Shown in pieces: positions 19,404 through 29,231 of a DNA stretch of 64,000 nt. The stretch comes from Planctomycetota bacterium. Its GTDB lineage: Bacteria; Planctomycetota; UBA8108; SXIK01. The stretch is taken from the NCBI GenBank assembly GCA_965223845.1, contig CBDCXR010000004.1:6592001-6656000 (forward strand), written 5' to 3'. The translations under genes were made by a program, and so were the position numbers. The first letter of the stretch is position 1; each line of letters starts with the position of its first letter. The notes below the pieces were generated by a model, which searched no databases, was not told where the DNA came from, and worked only from the letters and a program-made list of their open reading frames with translations.

Positions 19404-20321
19404 ATGCCAGCGACCACCGATCTTGACCGCGTCGGCGCGGCGGAGTCGGCCTGCCGTCTCGTCCTCTTGACCGTCGCTCTCCTTTCCTTTTGTCTCGTCC
19501 TCGGATGTGAGTCCATGACGCTACACACACGCGAGCAAAGTCGAACGTCGGACGATGAGCCATCGTGGGCGACCGTGGAGAACGTCGTTTCGTGGGACCC
19601 CGAGAGATCGGCGGTCGTGATCTGCGACATGTGGAATGACCACTGGTGTAAGAGTGCGGCCGAGCGTGTGGGGGAGATGGCACCGAGGATGAACGAGGTC
19701 GTGAACAACGCACGCGAACGCGGTCTTTTTGTCATCCACGCGCCGAGCACGACGGTCGAGTTCTATCGCGGCACGCCGCAGCGGGAGCGCGCGCGAAACG
19801 CCCCGCGTCACGAGCCCCCAGTGCCGCTCGCGACGAAGGAACGGTGGGGGACGAACTGGTGCTGGCCGGACGACGAGCGCGAGCCGGCGATGCCGATCGA
19901 CGACTCGGACATGGGCTGTGACTGCGAAACGAAGTGCGAAATCCGCGACGCCTGGTCGCGGCAGATCGCGACGATCGACATCGCGCCCGAAGATGCGATC
20001 AGCGACAACGGGCAGGAGGTGTACAACCTCCTCGCCGAGCGTGGGATCGACAATGTGATCCTCATGGGCGTCCACCTCAACATGTGCGTGCTCGGGCGTC
20101 CGTTTGCGATTCGGCAAATGGTGAAGCTGGGGAAGAACGTCGTTCTCATGCGGGACATGACCGACACGATGTACGACCCTCGACAGCCGCCTCGCGTGAG
20201 TCATTTCCGCGGCACGGACCTCGTGGTCGAGCACGTCGAGCGTTATTGGTGTCCGACGATTTTGAGCACGGACTTTGTGGGTGGGGAGCCATTTCGGTTT
20301 GGGGCGGACGAGGGGCTTTAG
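19404..20321 (+). CDS. Isochorismatase/nicotinamidase-like cysteine hydrolase, probable lipoprotein
   Basis: VVICDMW, VIHAPS, MGVHLNMCVLGRPF (catalytic Cys), RDMTDTMY; start moved to ATG 19404, giving lipobox-like LVLGC. Confidence 0.82.
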   Translation: MPATTDLDRVGAAESACRLVLLTVALLSFCLVLGCESMTLHTREQSRTSDDEPSWATVENVVSWDPERSAVVICDMWNDHWCKSAAERVGEMAPRMNEVVNNARERGLFVIHAPSTTVEFYRGTPQRERARNAPRHEPPVPLATKERWGTNWCWPDDEREPAMPIDDSDMGCDCETKCEIRDAWSRQIATIDIAPEDAISDNGQEVYNLLAERGIDNVILMGVHLNMCVLGRPFAIRQMVKLGKNVVLMRDMTDTMYDPRQPPRVSHFRGTDLVVEHVERYWCPTILSTDFVGGEPFRFGADEGL

Positions 20322-20337
20322 CTTCTTGGGGATGGAG

Positions 20338-20652
20338 ATTTCACACGAAGGGTGCGAAGGGGACGCGAAGGAAGACGAAGGAAGATCGAGAATAGGAGGT
20401 AGAGAGGAAGAGGGATTGGAGAGTAGAGAGAGCGTGCGAGCTGAGTTGGCCCCGCAAGTACTCGACAACGTCTACCGAGGGGAAGCCTTCGTGAACGGAA
20501 AACAGATAGGCCGTCAGAAACGCGCCGCCTGAGACCTTTTCCCACACCTGTTGACGTTCCCCGAAAACCTGAAGATGACCTCTTTCCCAACTCCCTCTTT
20601 TTCTCTTCCCTTCGTCTTCCTTCGCGTTCCCTTCGCACCCTTCGTGTGAAAT
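20338..20652. repeat. Long inverted-repeat element family A, copy 3
   Basis: 44-bp arms (20338-20381 and 20609-20652) with one G/A difference (a G-U pair in + strand RNA); 227-nt loop with purine-rich left and pyrimidine-rich right edges. Confidence 0.92.
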
Positions 20653-20689
20653 TGTCTCCACGGAAGGCCAAATAAGATGAGCAACGTGA

Positions 20690-21196
20690 ATGGACTCTAG
20701 CCGCCGCCCCATCATCGGAGTCATGGGCTCCGGGACCGACCCCCACGCCGAGCTCGCTCGCCCGCTCGGTGCTTGGATCGCCGAGCGAGGATTCCACCTC
20801 CTTACGGGCGGAGGGCGTGGCGTGATGACTTCAGTCGCAAGCGCGTACTGCGCGGTGGCAGGACGCCGCGGTAAGTCGATCGGCGTTCTGCCCGCCGGTC
20901 GTCCCCCCGGAGACTATCCGAACCCGTTTGTCGAGATTCCCATCGTGACTCACCTCGACGGCAAGGGCGGAGCCGCCAGCTCGAGCTCGCGAAATCACAT
21001 CAACGTGCTTTCGTCAGCGGTGATCGTGGCTCTCCCGGGAGGAACCGGCACGCACTCGGAAGTCGACCTCGCCGCGCGCTACGGTCGTCCGGTCATCGCA
21101 TGGTGGCCGCCGTCGGTGGCGGTGCCCGAGAGTGTACCCCGCGCGAGTTCGCTCGATGACGTGATCGCATTCGTCGAGCGGCGCGTCGGCGAGTGA
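20690..21196 (+). CDS. LOG/SLOG-family (TIGR00725 / Moco carrier-like) nucleotide-binding protein
   Basis: IIGVMGSG, LLTGGGRGVM, SIGVLP, RNHINV, ALPGGTGTHSE. Confidence 0.88.
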   Translation: MDSSRRPIIGVMGSGTDPHAELARPLGAWIAERGFHLLTGGGRGVMTSVASAYCAVAGRRGKSIGVLPAGRPPGDYPNPFVEIPIVTHLDGKGGAASSSSRNHINVLSSAVIVALPGGTGTHSEVDLAARYGRPVIAWWPPSVAVPESVPRASSLDDVIAFVERRVGE

Positions 21197-21197
21197 C

Positions 21198-21268
21198 AAA
21201 AAAAAGGCGGCCCCCCGAAGATCGGGAGGCCGCCTTTCGGTCGGCTCCGCGGTTCAGTTGAACCGCGG
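21198..21268 (-). terminator. Rho-independent terminator for the 21283-25698 gene (likely bidirectional) plus a second hairpin
   Basis: AAAGGCGGCCCCCC-GAAGATC-GGGAGGCCGCCTTT stem with an A8 run (U8 on the minus strand); second hairpin CCGCGGTTCA-GT-TGAACCGCGG at 21247-21268. Confidence 0.85.
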
Positions 21269-21282
21269 CCTACGCGAGTGCG

Positions 21283-24200
21283 CTAGCACTTGTCGTAGAA
21301 GACACAGCCGAGCGAGGACGCCGGCTCCGGATCCGGACCACAGTCCGCACCCCTCGGGCCGTGACCGCCGATCGGCGGCGGACCGTCCCCGAACAGGTTG
21401 TTGAGGAGGAAGATCGCGTCGGCGATGTTGTAGCCCGTATCACCGTTCACGTCCGCCGTCTCGAGACAGGTCGGAGCGGATCCGTCACCGAAGAGATCGT
21501 TCAGCATGAAGATCGCATCGGCGATGTTGACGCCGCCGTCGTTGTTGACGTCTCCGCGCTTGATCTCATCTCCCGGCGGCTGGATCTCGGGACTGGTGCT
21601 GGCATCGAGGACGTTCGAATCGAACGTCTCCGTGCCGGCGCAGTTCGAGTAGATCGCGACGCGGAAGCCCGAGCCGCAGCAGCCGTCGGTGAACGACATC
21701 TGGAGGAGATTCGCGCCTGGCGGGATCGAGACCAGAGCGGGTCCGGTCTGGATCGTGTTCGCTCCGCCGTATCCTCGGCCACCGATGTGCTCGAGGACGA
21801 GCTCACCGTTCAGGAAGAGGTGAGCCGAGTCGTCGCTCGCAAAGCCGATGTAGGCTTCGACCGGCGCGGCCGTCTGATTGATGAGGTAGGTGAATCCGGT
21901 CGTACTGTAGTCGTCCTGATCACCGTAGTAGAGCGACGCATCGAAGAGGCCCGGGTCGCCGATCGTTGCCGCCGGGTCGTCGAAACCGTTGAACTCGACG
22001 AGCTCGGAATCGGCGCCGTTGCCGATGTCGCGGATCGCCGTGGTGATGTTCCCGGTCGAACCCGGTCCCACCGGCGCGCCCTCGCGAACGTTGTCGGCGT
22101 CCGGCGTTTCCCCGTCGATCGTGATGTAATCTTCGGGAAGCGCGCCGGCGAGCGAGTTCGCTCCGAACGGCTGATCGAACGGCGAGGTCGGCACGAGCCA
22201 CGTGGCGATGAAGCCCTGCGGCGAGATGTTACCTTCGCCACCCGGGGGACCGACGTCGGGCGGATCGTGGGCGTCCGGATCGTAGCCTTCCGGATCGGTG
22301 GTCGTCGGGACGAAGATCCCGTTCCCGTTCTCGTCCTCGAAGCGGACGCACATGTTGTAGCCGCCGCCGTTCTCGAACGTGTAGATCGAGATGAGGTTCT
22401 TTCCCGGATCGAGCGGCACCTGGAACTTCACGGCGTAGCCGGGATGACCGCGGCACGCCGCGATCGAGTTCACCGGATAGCCGTTGACGCGTGCGCCGCC
22501 CGAGTCGTCCGAGCCGTAGGCCATGTTCACGACCCAGGTCGTATCGGTCGGGTTCACCACGTAGAAGAACGCGATGTTCATCGTCTGGTTGCAGTCGGTC
22601 GGGAAGATCGCGTCGCCGTAGATCGAGCCCGCTTGCCAGTCGAAGAGACCGTCGCCGCGGGTATTCGAGACCTTGGCGATGATTCCATTGCTTCCGACGA
22701 GGTCGAACGGGTCGGTGAGGAACCGATCGCCGCCCTCACCGGTCATGCACTCGTCCCAGCCGCTCACCTGCGGATCACCACCGAACTCGGGGAGAATCTG
22801 CATGCCTTCGCGCGGGATGATCGAGCGGTCGTCAATACCTCCATCTTCGCTGTCGCCGGTGATCCACTCGCCTTCGATCTCGTCGACCGTGACGGCGCAA
22901 CCTTCCGTGAAGGCCATCTTCATCGACGGGGTGACGAGCACTTCCGACACGAACGGGTTCGCCGTACAGGACGAGATCACCGCGTCACCCTTGACGCTGA
23001 AGATATCGGCGCCGAGCTCGAGTGAGCCGGAGACGGTTCCGTCTCCCGGCGTGCAGGGCGTCTCGCGCGACAGCTTGTAGCTGACCGAAGCCGCAGTCAC
23101 GTTCGTCCAGCTCACGGAGTTCGCTCCGGCGACACCGCCTTCGGTAACGTCGGAAACGGTCCATCCCGCGGGGAACGATTCGGTGAGCGAGTAATTCGCC
23201 TCACCGCCGCGATCGACGGCGACGGAGATGTCCGCTTCGATTCCCTGATCGGCGACCGCGATCGTCCGGATGGCACCGCCTTCGATGCCCGGAGGATTCG
23301 CGCTCACGACGAGCTGATTCTCCGGGAAGACCGTGGCGTCACCGCAGCCCCCCGTGATTTGAACGCGGAAGCCAGAGCCGCCGCCGCCCTCGGTGTAGGA
23401 GAGCTGGAGGAGGGAGATGCCGGGCTTCAGCGTGATCGCGGCCGGACCCGTCTGGATCTGGTTCGCGCCGCCAAAGCCGCGACCGGCGAGATGCTGGAGG
23501 ATGAGCTCGCCGTCGACGAAGAGCGCCGCGGCGTCGTCGCTCGCGAATCCGATGAACGCATCGAGCGGGCCACCGGAGACGTTGTTGAGGAACGCGAATG
23601 CGCTGATCGTGTAATTGTCCGGGTTGCCGTAGAAGACCTCACCGTTGAAGAGGCCCGAATCGGTCCCGGAACCCTGGAAAAGGACGAGGCGGGTCGTGCC
23701 GCAGCTCGAGCCGTCCGAGAAGCCGCCGCGGACGCGATCGCTGACACCGATTCCGGCGTCCATCTCCGCACCTTCGCGGATGTTGTCCGCCGTCGGCTCT
23801 TCGAGACCGCCGTCGCCGACGACCTGAATCCAGTCTTCGGGCAGCGTATCGGCGGGTGCGTTCGCGCCGAAGCTCTGATCGAGCACGTGCGCCGGGACGA
23901 GCCACTGCGTGATGAATCCGAACGCGTTCACGCTCGGGACGTCGCCGACGTCAGTGCCGACGATCGGGCTGCAGTCCCGGTCCGGTTCCGGACGGGCCGC
24001 GGGATCGTAACCGTCGGGATCGAGCGTCGTCTCGACGAAAATCGGGACGCCGTTCGAGTCTTCGAAGCGGACGCAGAGGTTCCAGCCACCGCCGTTCTCG
24101 TAAGTCGAGATCGCGACGAGGTTCTTTCCGGGGTCGAGCTGGATCCGCGTCTTGTCCGTGAAGCCGGGATGTCCGCGGCAGACCGTATTGGCGAAAACCG

Positions 24201-25698
24201 GGTAGCCGTTGACCTTGATCCCGACCGAGTCGTCGGAACCGAGACCCATCCACACGCAGCGCGGGCTGTCCCCATTGTTGATCGCGTAGAAGTACGCGAC
24301 GTTCATCGTGTCGCTCGGGTCGGCGCCGTAGATGTCGGCGCGCTGCCAGTCGTAGAAACCCGCACCGTTGGACGTCACAGGAACGAGAATCGCACCCGAC
24401 TCGAGAGCGTCTTCCGGCGCCGTCCAGAAGAGCTCAGCCTGAAGGGGGTCGATCGGCACGAGCCCGCCGGCATTGTTGTTCTCGTAGTCCGGATAGAAGA
24501 CGAGCTCCGCCTCGGGAACGAAGCTGCGCGAATCGAACACCGGGCCGTCCGGCTCGTCGAGATTGCCGCCGACCCATTCGCCGGCGATGAGATCCGCGGG
24601 GACATCGCATCCCTGCGACGGACCCTTGATCAGGAAGGCCGGAGTGACGAGCACGTCCGGCACGAAGCCCGCCGCGTCGCAGCCGGGGACCGACTGGTCG
24701 CCCCGCACGCCGCGGTTCTGATCGTCGACGGTGAGGCGCCCGCTGATGCGACCTTCCTCGGCGGTGCAATCGCCGGCCGCGGTGAGCTTGTACGTGAGCG
24801 TGTCCTCCATGACACCGTCCCAGAAGATGCCGGCTCCGGTGGCCTCGCCACCGCCGGTGACATCGCTCACGGTCCAGCTCTCGGCAAACCGCTCACTGAG
24901 TGAGTAGCTCATGCCACCCGAGGAGATGCCGAGGGTGACGGTGATTTCGTCGCCGTCGCGAACGATGGTGCGCTCTGCCGAAAACTGAGAGTCGCCCGGC
25001 TTCTCGACCGTGATGGTGAAGTCGCCGTCGCCGCTTCCGTCGTCGATGATCGGCTCGAAGGTCTCCGGATCGAAGAGCTGCATGCGCGTGCACCAGCCGC
25101 CGCCGCCTTCGAAGACCTTACCCTGAATGAGGTTGACGCCCTCGAGAAGGGTGATCGGAATCGCGGGGTCCTGAATGACGCCAGCGCCGCCGCAACCGCG
25201 AGGAACGCTGTTGTTGTGGACTTCCTCGCCGTTCACCTTGACCTGGATGCCGTCGTCGCTCGACACGCCGAGCTCGACGTCGCGGTCTTCGCCCGAGTTG
25301 TTGATGACGTACACCCACCAGTAGGCCATGGTGTTGTCGTTCGGGGTGAAGAGCGTGTTGAGGTCGAGCGTGGTGTTGTTCGCGCTCGCGGTCTGAATGA
25401 CCGGATCGTCGCAGGGATCGAGAAAGGAGGTGTCCGCCTTCGCACACCCTCCGGCGTCGGGCTGTCCGAGCTTGAGCCCGTCCTCCGGCTCGATGTCTTC
25501 TTCGCCGATATCTCCGTCGCAGAGGTAATCCTCCGCTTGGGCATCCGGACCGGGGTTGGCACCGCCGGTATTTGCGTACGGCCCCAGAACTAAGTACTGA
25601 AGCGGAAAACCGCTCTCGTCGGTTTGCGCGTACGCCGTCGGAGCGGCGAGCGCGAGCAAGACGAGACAACAGCAGATCCTGGACGAAAGTCGAACCAT
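21283..25698 (-). CDS. Giant secreted protein with five PA14-like (SDD-motif) domains, two Ig/cohesin-like spacers and a C-terminal dockerin-like domain
   Basis: ATG 25698 gives signal peptide ...LLALAAPTAYA; motifs GVSSDDGIQVKVNG, GLGSDDSVGIKVNG, GFASDDAAALFVDG, AYGSDDSGGARVNG, GFASDDSAHLFLNG; internal duplication; KRGDVNNDGGVNIADAI...DVNGDTGYNIADAI. Confidence 0.88.
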   Translation of the reverse strand: MVRLSSRICCCLVLLALAAPTAYAQTDESGFPLQYLVLGPYANTGGANPGPDAQAEDYLCDGDIGEEDIEPEDGLKLGQPDAGGCAKADTSFLDPCDDPVIQTASANNTTLDLNTLFTPNDNTMAYWWVYVINNSGEDRDVELGVSSDDGIQVKVNGEEVHNNSVPRGCGGAGVIQDPAIPITLLEGVNLIQGKVFEGGGGWCTRMQLFDPETFEPIIDDGSGDGDFTITVEKPGDSQFSAERTIVRDGDEITVTLGISSGGMSYSLSERFAESWTVSDVTGGGEATGAGIFWDGVMEDTLTYKLTAAGDCTAEEGRISGRLTVDDQNRGVRGDQSVPGCDAAGFVPDVLVTPAFLIKGPSQGCDVPADLIAGEWVGGNLDEPDGPVFDSRSFVPEAELVFYPDYENNNAGGLVPIDPLQAELFWTAPEDALESGAILVPVTSNGAGFYDWQRADIYGADPSDTMNVAYFYAINNGDSPRCVWMGLGSDDSVGIKVNGYPVFANTVCRGHPGFTDKTRIQLDPGKNLVAISTYENGGGWNLCVRFEDSNGVPIFVETTLDPDGYDPAARPEPDRDCSPIVGTDVGDVPSVNAFGFITQWLVPAHVLDQSFGANAPADTLPEDWIQVVGDGGLEEPTADNIREGAEMDAGIGVSDRVRGGFSDGSSCGTTRLVLFQGSGTDSGLFNGEVFYGNPDNYTISAFAFLNNVSGGPLDAFIGFASDDAAALFVDGELILQHLAGRGFGGANQIQTGPAAITLKPGISLLQLSYTEGGGGSGFRVQITGGCGDATVFPENQLVVSANPPGIEGGAIRTIAVADQGIEADISVAVDRGGEANYSLTESFPAGWTVSDVTEGGVAGANSVSWTNVTAASVSYKLSRETPCTPGDGTVSGSLELGADIFSVKGDAVISSCTANPFVSEVLVTPSMKMAFTEGCAVTVDEIEGEWITGDSEDGGIDDRSIIPREGMQILPEFGGDPQVSGWDECMTGEGGDRFLTDPFDLVGSNGIIAKVSNTRGDGLFDWQAGSIYGDAIFPTDCNQTMNIAFFYVVNPTDTTWVVNMAYGSDDSGGARVNGYPVNSIAACRGHPGYAVKFQVPLDPGKNLISIYTFENGGGYNMCVRFEDENGNGIFVPTTTDPEGYDPDAHDPPDVGPPGGEGNISPQGFIATWLVPTSPFDQPFGANSLAGALPEDYITIDGETPDADNVREGAPVGPGSTGNITTAIRDIGNGADSELVEFNGFDDPAATIGDPGLFDASLYYGDQDDYSTTGFTYLINQTAAPVEAYIGFASDDSAHLFLNGELVLEHIGGRGYGGANTIQTGPALVSIPPGANLLQMSFTDGCCGSGFRVAIYSNCAGTETFDSNVLDASTSPEIQPPGDEIKRGDVNNDGGVNIADAIFMLNDLFGDGSAPTCLETADVNGDTGYNIADAIFLLNNLFGDGPPPIGGHGPRGADCGPDPEPASSLGCVFYDKC

Positions 25699-26127
25699 GA
25701 CCCTTACCCTCACGTAGGAAAGAAGATACGGAAAGAAACTCCAATCGAACACCGGCGACATCGCGCGCGGGGATAACTCGCTTGCGACGACTTCGCACCC
25801 GCGTAAACAGCGCTTGCGCGAACCCGAAAGCTCCGGCCGGAACGGTCCGTTTTCGTGTCCCGCAGTTGCGGGAAAACCCACCCGAACGAGATCCGTATCG
25901 CGTAACCCGGCGCGATCGGGACCCAACACTTTCAATCGTGCCCGTCGTGCGGAGGGGCGTCAAGCGATGAAACGTTCGACGAGCGGAAAAACTACGCCGA
26001 AGCTGGGGTCGTTTTCGCAGCGGGAAACCGGGTCGGAGGACGGGGCGAGTCCGAGGGCGCGACACGATTCGTTCGGGGATCGTTCGCCAAGTCCTCGCTA
26101 GCGCGGCGCGCGGCGATGGCGAGAACT

Positions 26128-26155
26128 TTTACGCCGGCTTCACGCGCTGTTCGCG
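26128..26155 (+). promoter_or_regulatory. Putative Pho-box-like array 1
   Basis: TTTACG 26128, TTCACG 26139, TTCGCG 26150 (11-bp period), about 110 bp upstream of ATG 26264. Confidence 0.6.
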
Positions 26156-26263
26156 CGGAGACGGCATCGTTCAGTCGTTCTCGTATGTGTACCTTCGTTC
26201 CGCCTCGTCGCCACCTCTCGCGAGACGATCCGTCGTGACCGTCCCGGCGCCGCCCGCACCCGT

Positions 26264-27157
26264 ATGATTCGCTTCCCCGCTCTCGCCTCCCGCCCCACGT
26301 CCTTTCTTCTTCTTGCTTCGATGCTGCTCGCGCCCGCATGCGATCGGGACGACCTCACCGATGGCCCGAAGCGTTCGCGGGTCGTCGAGGAGGAGGAGGA
26401 AGAGGAGGCCGAGCTCGAGCGGCCGGACGGAGTGAAGGTGAAGATCAATGAGATCATGCTCGAGAACGAGGCGACGCTCGCCGACGAGAACGGCGCCTTC
26501 TCGCCGTGGATCGAGATCCACAATCCCTCCGACGCGGAGTTTACGCTCGCGGGAGTCGGACTCTCGGACGATCTCGTCGCCCCGGAGAAGTGGGTCTTCC
26601 CCGAAAGCCCGGCGTCGGTCATCGGTCCGCAAGGATTCGTCGTCGTGTTCCTCGACGGGGATCCGGGCGCCGGAGACCTCCACACGAACTTCACCGTAAC
26701 TCCCGGGGCGCCGCTCACTCTGGCCCTCGGGGGTGGAACGGACGACTTTCTCGTCGGGTTCGACACCTCGGCCGCGGGACCGGACCAGTCGCTCGGTCGC
26801 AGCCCCGACGGCGACGGTTCGCTCGCGCTTCTCGCCGAGCCCAGTCCCGGCGCGCCGAATGGCGTACACGCCGACGGCGTCGCGAAGGCCGCGAAGTTTC
26901 TTCGCGGCGACAGCGACGACGACGGCCGTCGAACCTTTGCGGATGTGGTCCGCGTGCTCGAAGTCCTCTCCGCTGCGGCGCCGGTCCCCGACTGCGCCGA
27001 TCGAGCGGACGTCGACGACGACGGTGTGATCGACTTCGCCGACGTTGCGCTCGCGCTCGAGTTCCTTGCCGGGCGCGCTTCTCGCATCCCCGAACCGTAC
27101 GCGTCCGCGGGCGTCGACCCGACTCCGGACGCGCTCGACTGCCGCGAGTCCCGCTGA
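26264..27157 (+). CDS. Lipoprotein with lamin tail domain and C-terminal dockerin-like domain
   Basis: Lipobox-like LLAPAC, poly-Glu linker, LTD KINEIMLEN...WIEIHN...LSDD, and FLRGDSDDDGRRTFADV...DVDDDGVIDFADV. Confidence 0.85.
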   Translation: MIRFPALASRPTSFLLLASMLLAPACDRDDLTDGPKRSRVVEEEEEEEAELERPDGVKVKINEIMLENEATLADENGAFSPWIEIHNPSDAEFTLAGVGLSDDLVAPEKWVFPESPASVIGPQGFVVVFLDGDPGAGDLHTNFTVTPGAPLTLALGGGTDDFLVGFDTSAAGPDQSLGRSPDGDGSLALLAEPSPGAPNGVHADGVAKAAKFLRGDSDDDGRRTFADVVRVLEVLSAAAPVPDCADRADVDDDGVIDFADVALALEFLAGRASRIPEPYASAGVDPTPDALDCRESR

Positions 27158-27571
27158 GTCGTCCGCGCGCCGTCGCTCGCCTCGACGGATGGACGGTCCT
27201 CCGGTTTTGACGGTCTACGGGAACGGGAGTGGGAACGGTGGGGGCCCCGCCGATGCGTACACAGCGATCGTTCCGTGACGCTTCCGTGTAGGTCTTAAGG
27301 ATCGATTCAAGAAGCGTTCAGCGAAATCGCGTCAGAACTCCTCGAGTGTTTCGTTCGCCCTTAAGACGATCTTCCCCGGCGGCGTTCATACTCCGGGCGC
27401 AAACCGGGAGAAAGACCACAGTCCGTTCTTGCTTCGCGAAGTCGAGGTGGACGCCGAGGACACGCGCCGAAACCCGAGCTATCCCCGGGACGGGAGCAGG
27501 CGATGCCGGCGTCGACGGCAGGTTCGATTCACGTTGCGCGAAGCCCAAATTCGAATAGGAGGATTTCTAGC

Positions 27572-29143
27572 ATGCGACGGTTGAGCACCGTGTTGGCGGT
27601 CGTGGTGGCGGTGGCGGGAGTTGAGTCGGCGTACGGTCAGGCGCACTTCCTTCGCGGCGACGCGAACCACGATAAGCAGGTCAACATCGCCGACGGCATT
27701 TACATTCTGAACGACCTCTTCAGCGCGACGGGCGTTCCGCCGCTCTGCCAGGATGCGGCCGATCTGAACGACGACGGGCAGATCAACATCGCCGACCCCG
27801 TCTTCGTGTTTAACTTTCTCTTCGGAACTGGAGGGGCGCCGGCGGCGCCGTACCCCGTGTTCGAAGCGGATCCGACGATCGACGACGAATTCGGTTGCCT
27901 CGAAGTCGAGGAGATCACCGGCGACATCACCGAGGATGTGACGCTCACCGCCGACAAGGCGTACCGTCTCGTTTCCGCGGTGGTCGTGAAGGACGGCGCC
28001 ACACTCAACATCGAAGCAGGCACGACCGTGCTCGGCGATTCGGCCTCAAACGGCCTCCTCGTCATCGAGCGCGGCGGCAAGTTGAACGCGATCGGCACGC
28101 CGACGCACCCCGTCGTCTTTACCAGTGATAAGCCGGTCGGCGAGCGGGGTCGCGGAGACTGGGGCGGGCTCATCTTCCTCGGTCGCGGCGACAACAACCT
28201 CCCGACGAAGGAAGGTCTCGCCGAGGGTCTCGAGAATCAGTTCTGGGGCGGCGGCGAAAACGTCATTCCCGAGGACTCGAGCGGCAAGCTCAGCTACGTG
28301 CGAGTCGAGTTCGGCGGCACCGAGATCAGCGAGGACAACGAGGTCAACGCAATCTCGATCTTCGGCGTCGGCTCCGGTACCGAGTTCGATCACGTCATGG
28401 TGAAGTACAACCTCGACGATGGCTTCGAGTGGTTCGGCGGCGCGGCGAGTCTCAAGTACGGCCTCGCGGTCGGCATCGGTGACGACAGCTTCGACTATTC
28501 GTTCGGCTGGAGCGGCAACGGCCAGTTCTGGGTCGCGCAGCAGAGCGGCGACGACGCGGATCGCGGCTTCGAGGTCGACAACTCGGAGTCCGAGTTCGAG
28601 GCGCGTCCGCTCACGCGTCCGATTCTCTCGAACGTCACTCTGATCGGCGACCCCGACGGTGACGAAGGCTCGGAGAGCACCGACGGAATCACGCTTCGCC
28701 GCGGCGCCGGAACGGTGCTCTACAACGCCACCATCGCCGGCTTCAAGAAGGCCGGAATCGACCTCGACGACGGCGTCACAACGAGCAACTTCGCGACGGA
28801 CGACCTCATCGTCGACTACTCGGTGTTCCAGGGGAACGGCGAGGTCTTCAAGTCCGGCGAGACGGAGGGGAGCGAGGAGACCACGGAGAACGGTTTCGAT
28901 TTCACCACCGAAGCGTTCATTACGGAGATGATGACCAACAACATCTTCGCCGAGGAATCCGTTGTGGTCGATCCGTACAACCTCGCCGCACCGAACTTCC
29001 GTCCGCAGAACGACGCGCTGACGAATCCGTTCGACCCGAGCTCGCTCGGAACGTTCTTCGAGCCGGCTCCGTACCGCGCGGGGGTCGCGCCGGACGGCGA
29101 CGATTGGACTCAGGCACCGTGGATCAGCTACGCGGCCAACTGA
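27572..29143 (+). CDS. Secreted protein with N-terminal dockerin-like domain and beta-helix domain (TBDT-associated family)
   Basis: Strong SD AGGAGG before ATG 27572; SPI signal ending AYG; FLRGDANHDKQVNIADGI...DLNDDGQINIADPV; then GDWGGLIFLG...SGKLSYVRVEFGG...DDGFEWFGG...DDSFD beta-helix coils. Confidence 0.88.
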   Translation: MRRLSTVLAVVVAVAGVESAYGQAHFLRGDANHDKQVNIADGIYILNDLFSATGVPPLCQDAADLNDDGQINIADPVFVFNFLFGTGGAPAAPYPVFEADPTIDDEFGCLEVEEITGDITEDVTLTADKAYRLVSAVVVKDGATLNIEAGTTVLGDSASNGLLVIERGGKLNAIGTPTHPVVFTSDKPVGERGRGDWGGLIFLGRGDNNLPTKEGLAEGLENQFWGGGENVIPEDSSGKLSYVRVEFGGTEISEDNEVNAISIFGVGSGTEFDHVMVKYNLDDGFEWFGGAASLKYGLAVGIGDDSFDYSFGWSGNGQFWVAQQSGDDADRGFEVDNSESEFEARPLTRPILSNVTLIGDPDGDEGSESTDGITLRRGAGTVLYNATIAGFKKAGIDLDDGVTTSNFATDDLIVDYSVFQGNGEVFKSGETEGSEETTENGFDFTTEAFITEMMTNNIFAEESVVVDPYNLAAPNFRPQNDALTNPFDPSSLGTFFEPAPYRAGVAPDGDDWTQAPWISYAAN

Positions 29144-29189
29144 GTCGGCTGACTCTCTAGCCAGCAATCAAAACACAACCTTCCCTGTC

Positions 29190-29231
29190 AGCGCCGGGAG
29201 CCGCGCCGCACCACCGCGCGCTCCCGGCGCT
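29190..29231 (+). terminator. GC-rich hairpin after the 27572 gene (terminator or mRNA stabiliser)
   Basis: AGCGCCGGGAGC...GCTCCCGGCGCT 12-bp stem; no U-tract. Confidence 0.5.

Noticed and set aside
26385-26410. GAG-repeat (poly-Glu) tract as a contingency locus
   Set aside because: In-frame trinucleotide run in a lipoprotein linker; length change would not alter the frame.
27295-27365. Possible fifth Pho-like array (TTAAG 27295, TTCAA 27306, TTCAG 27317)
   Set aside because: In 11-bp phase but none has the AC core of the other arrays; too degenerate to call.
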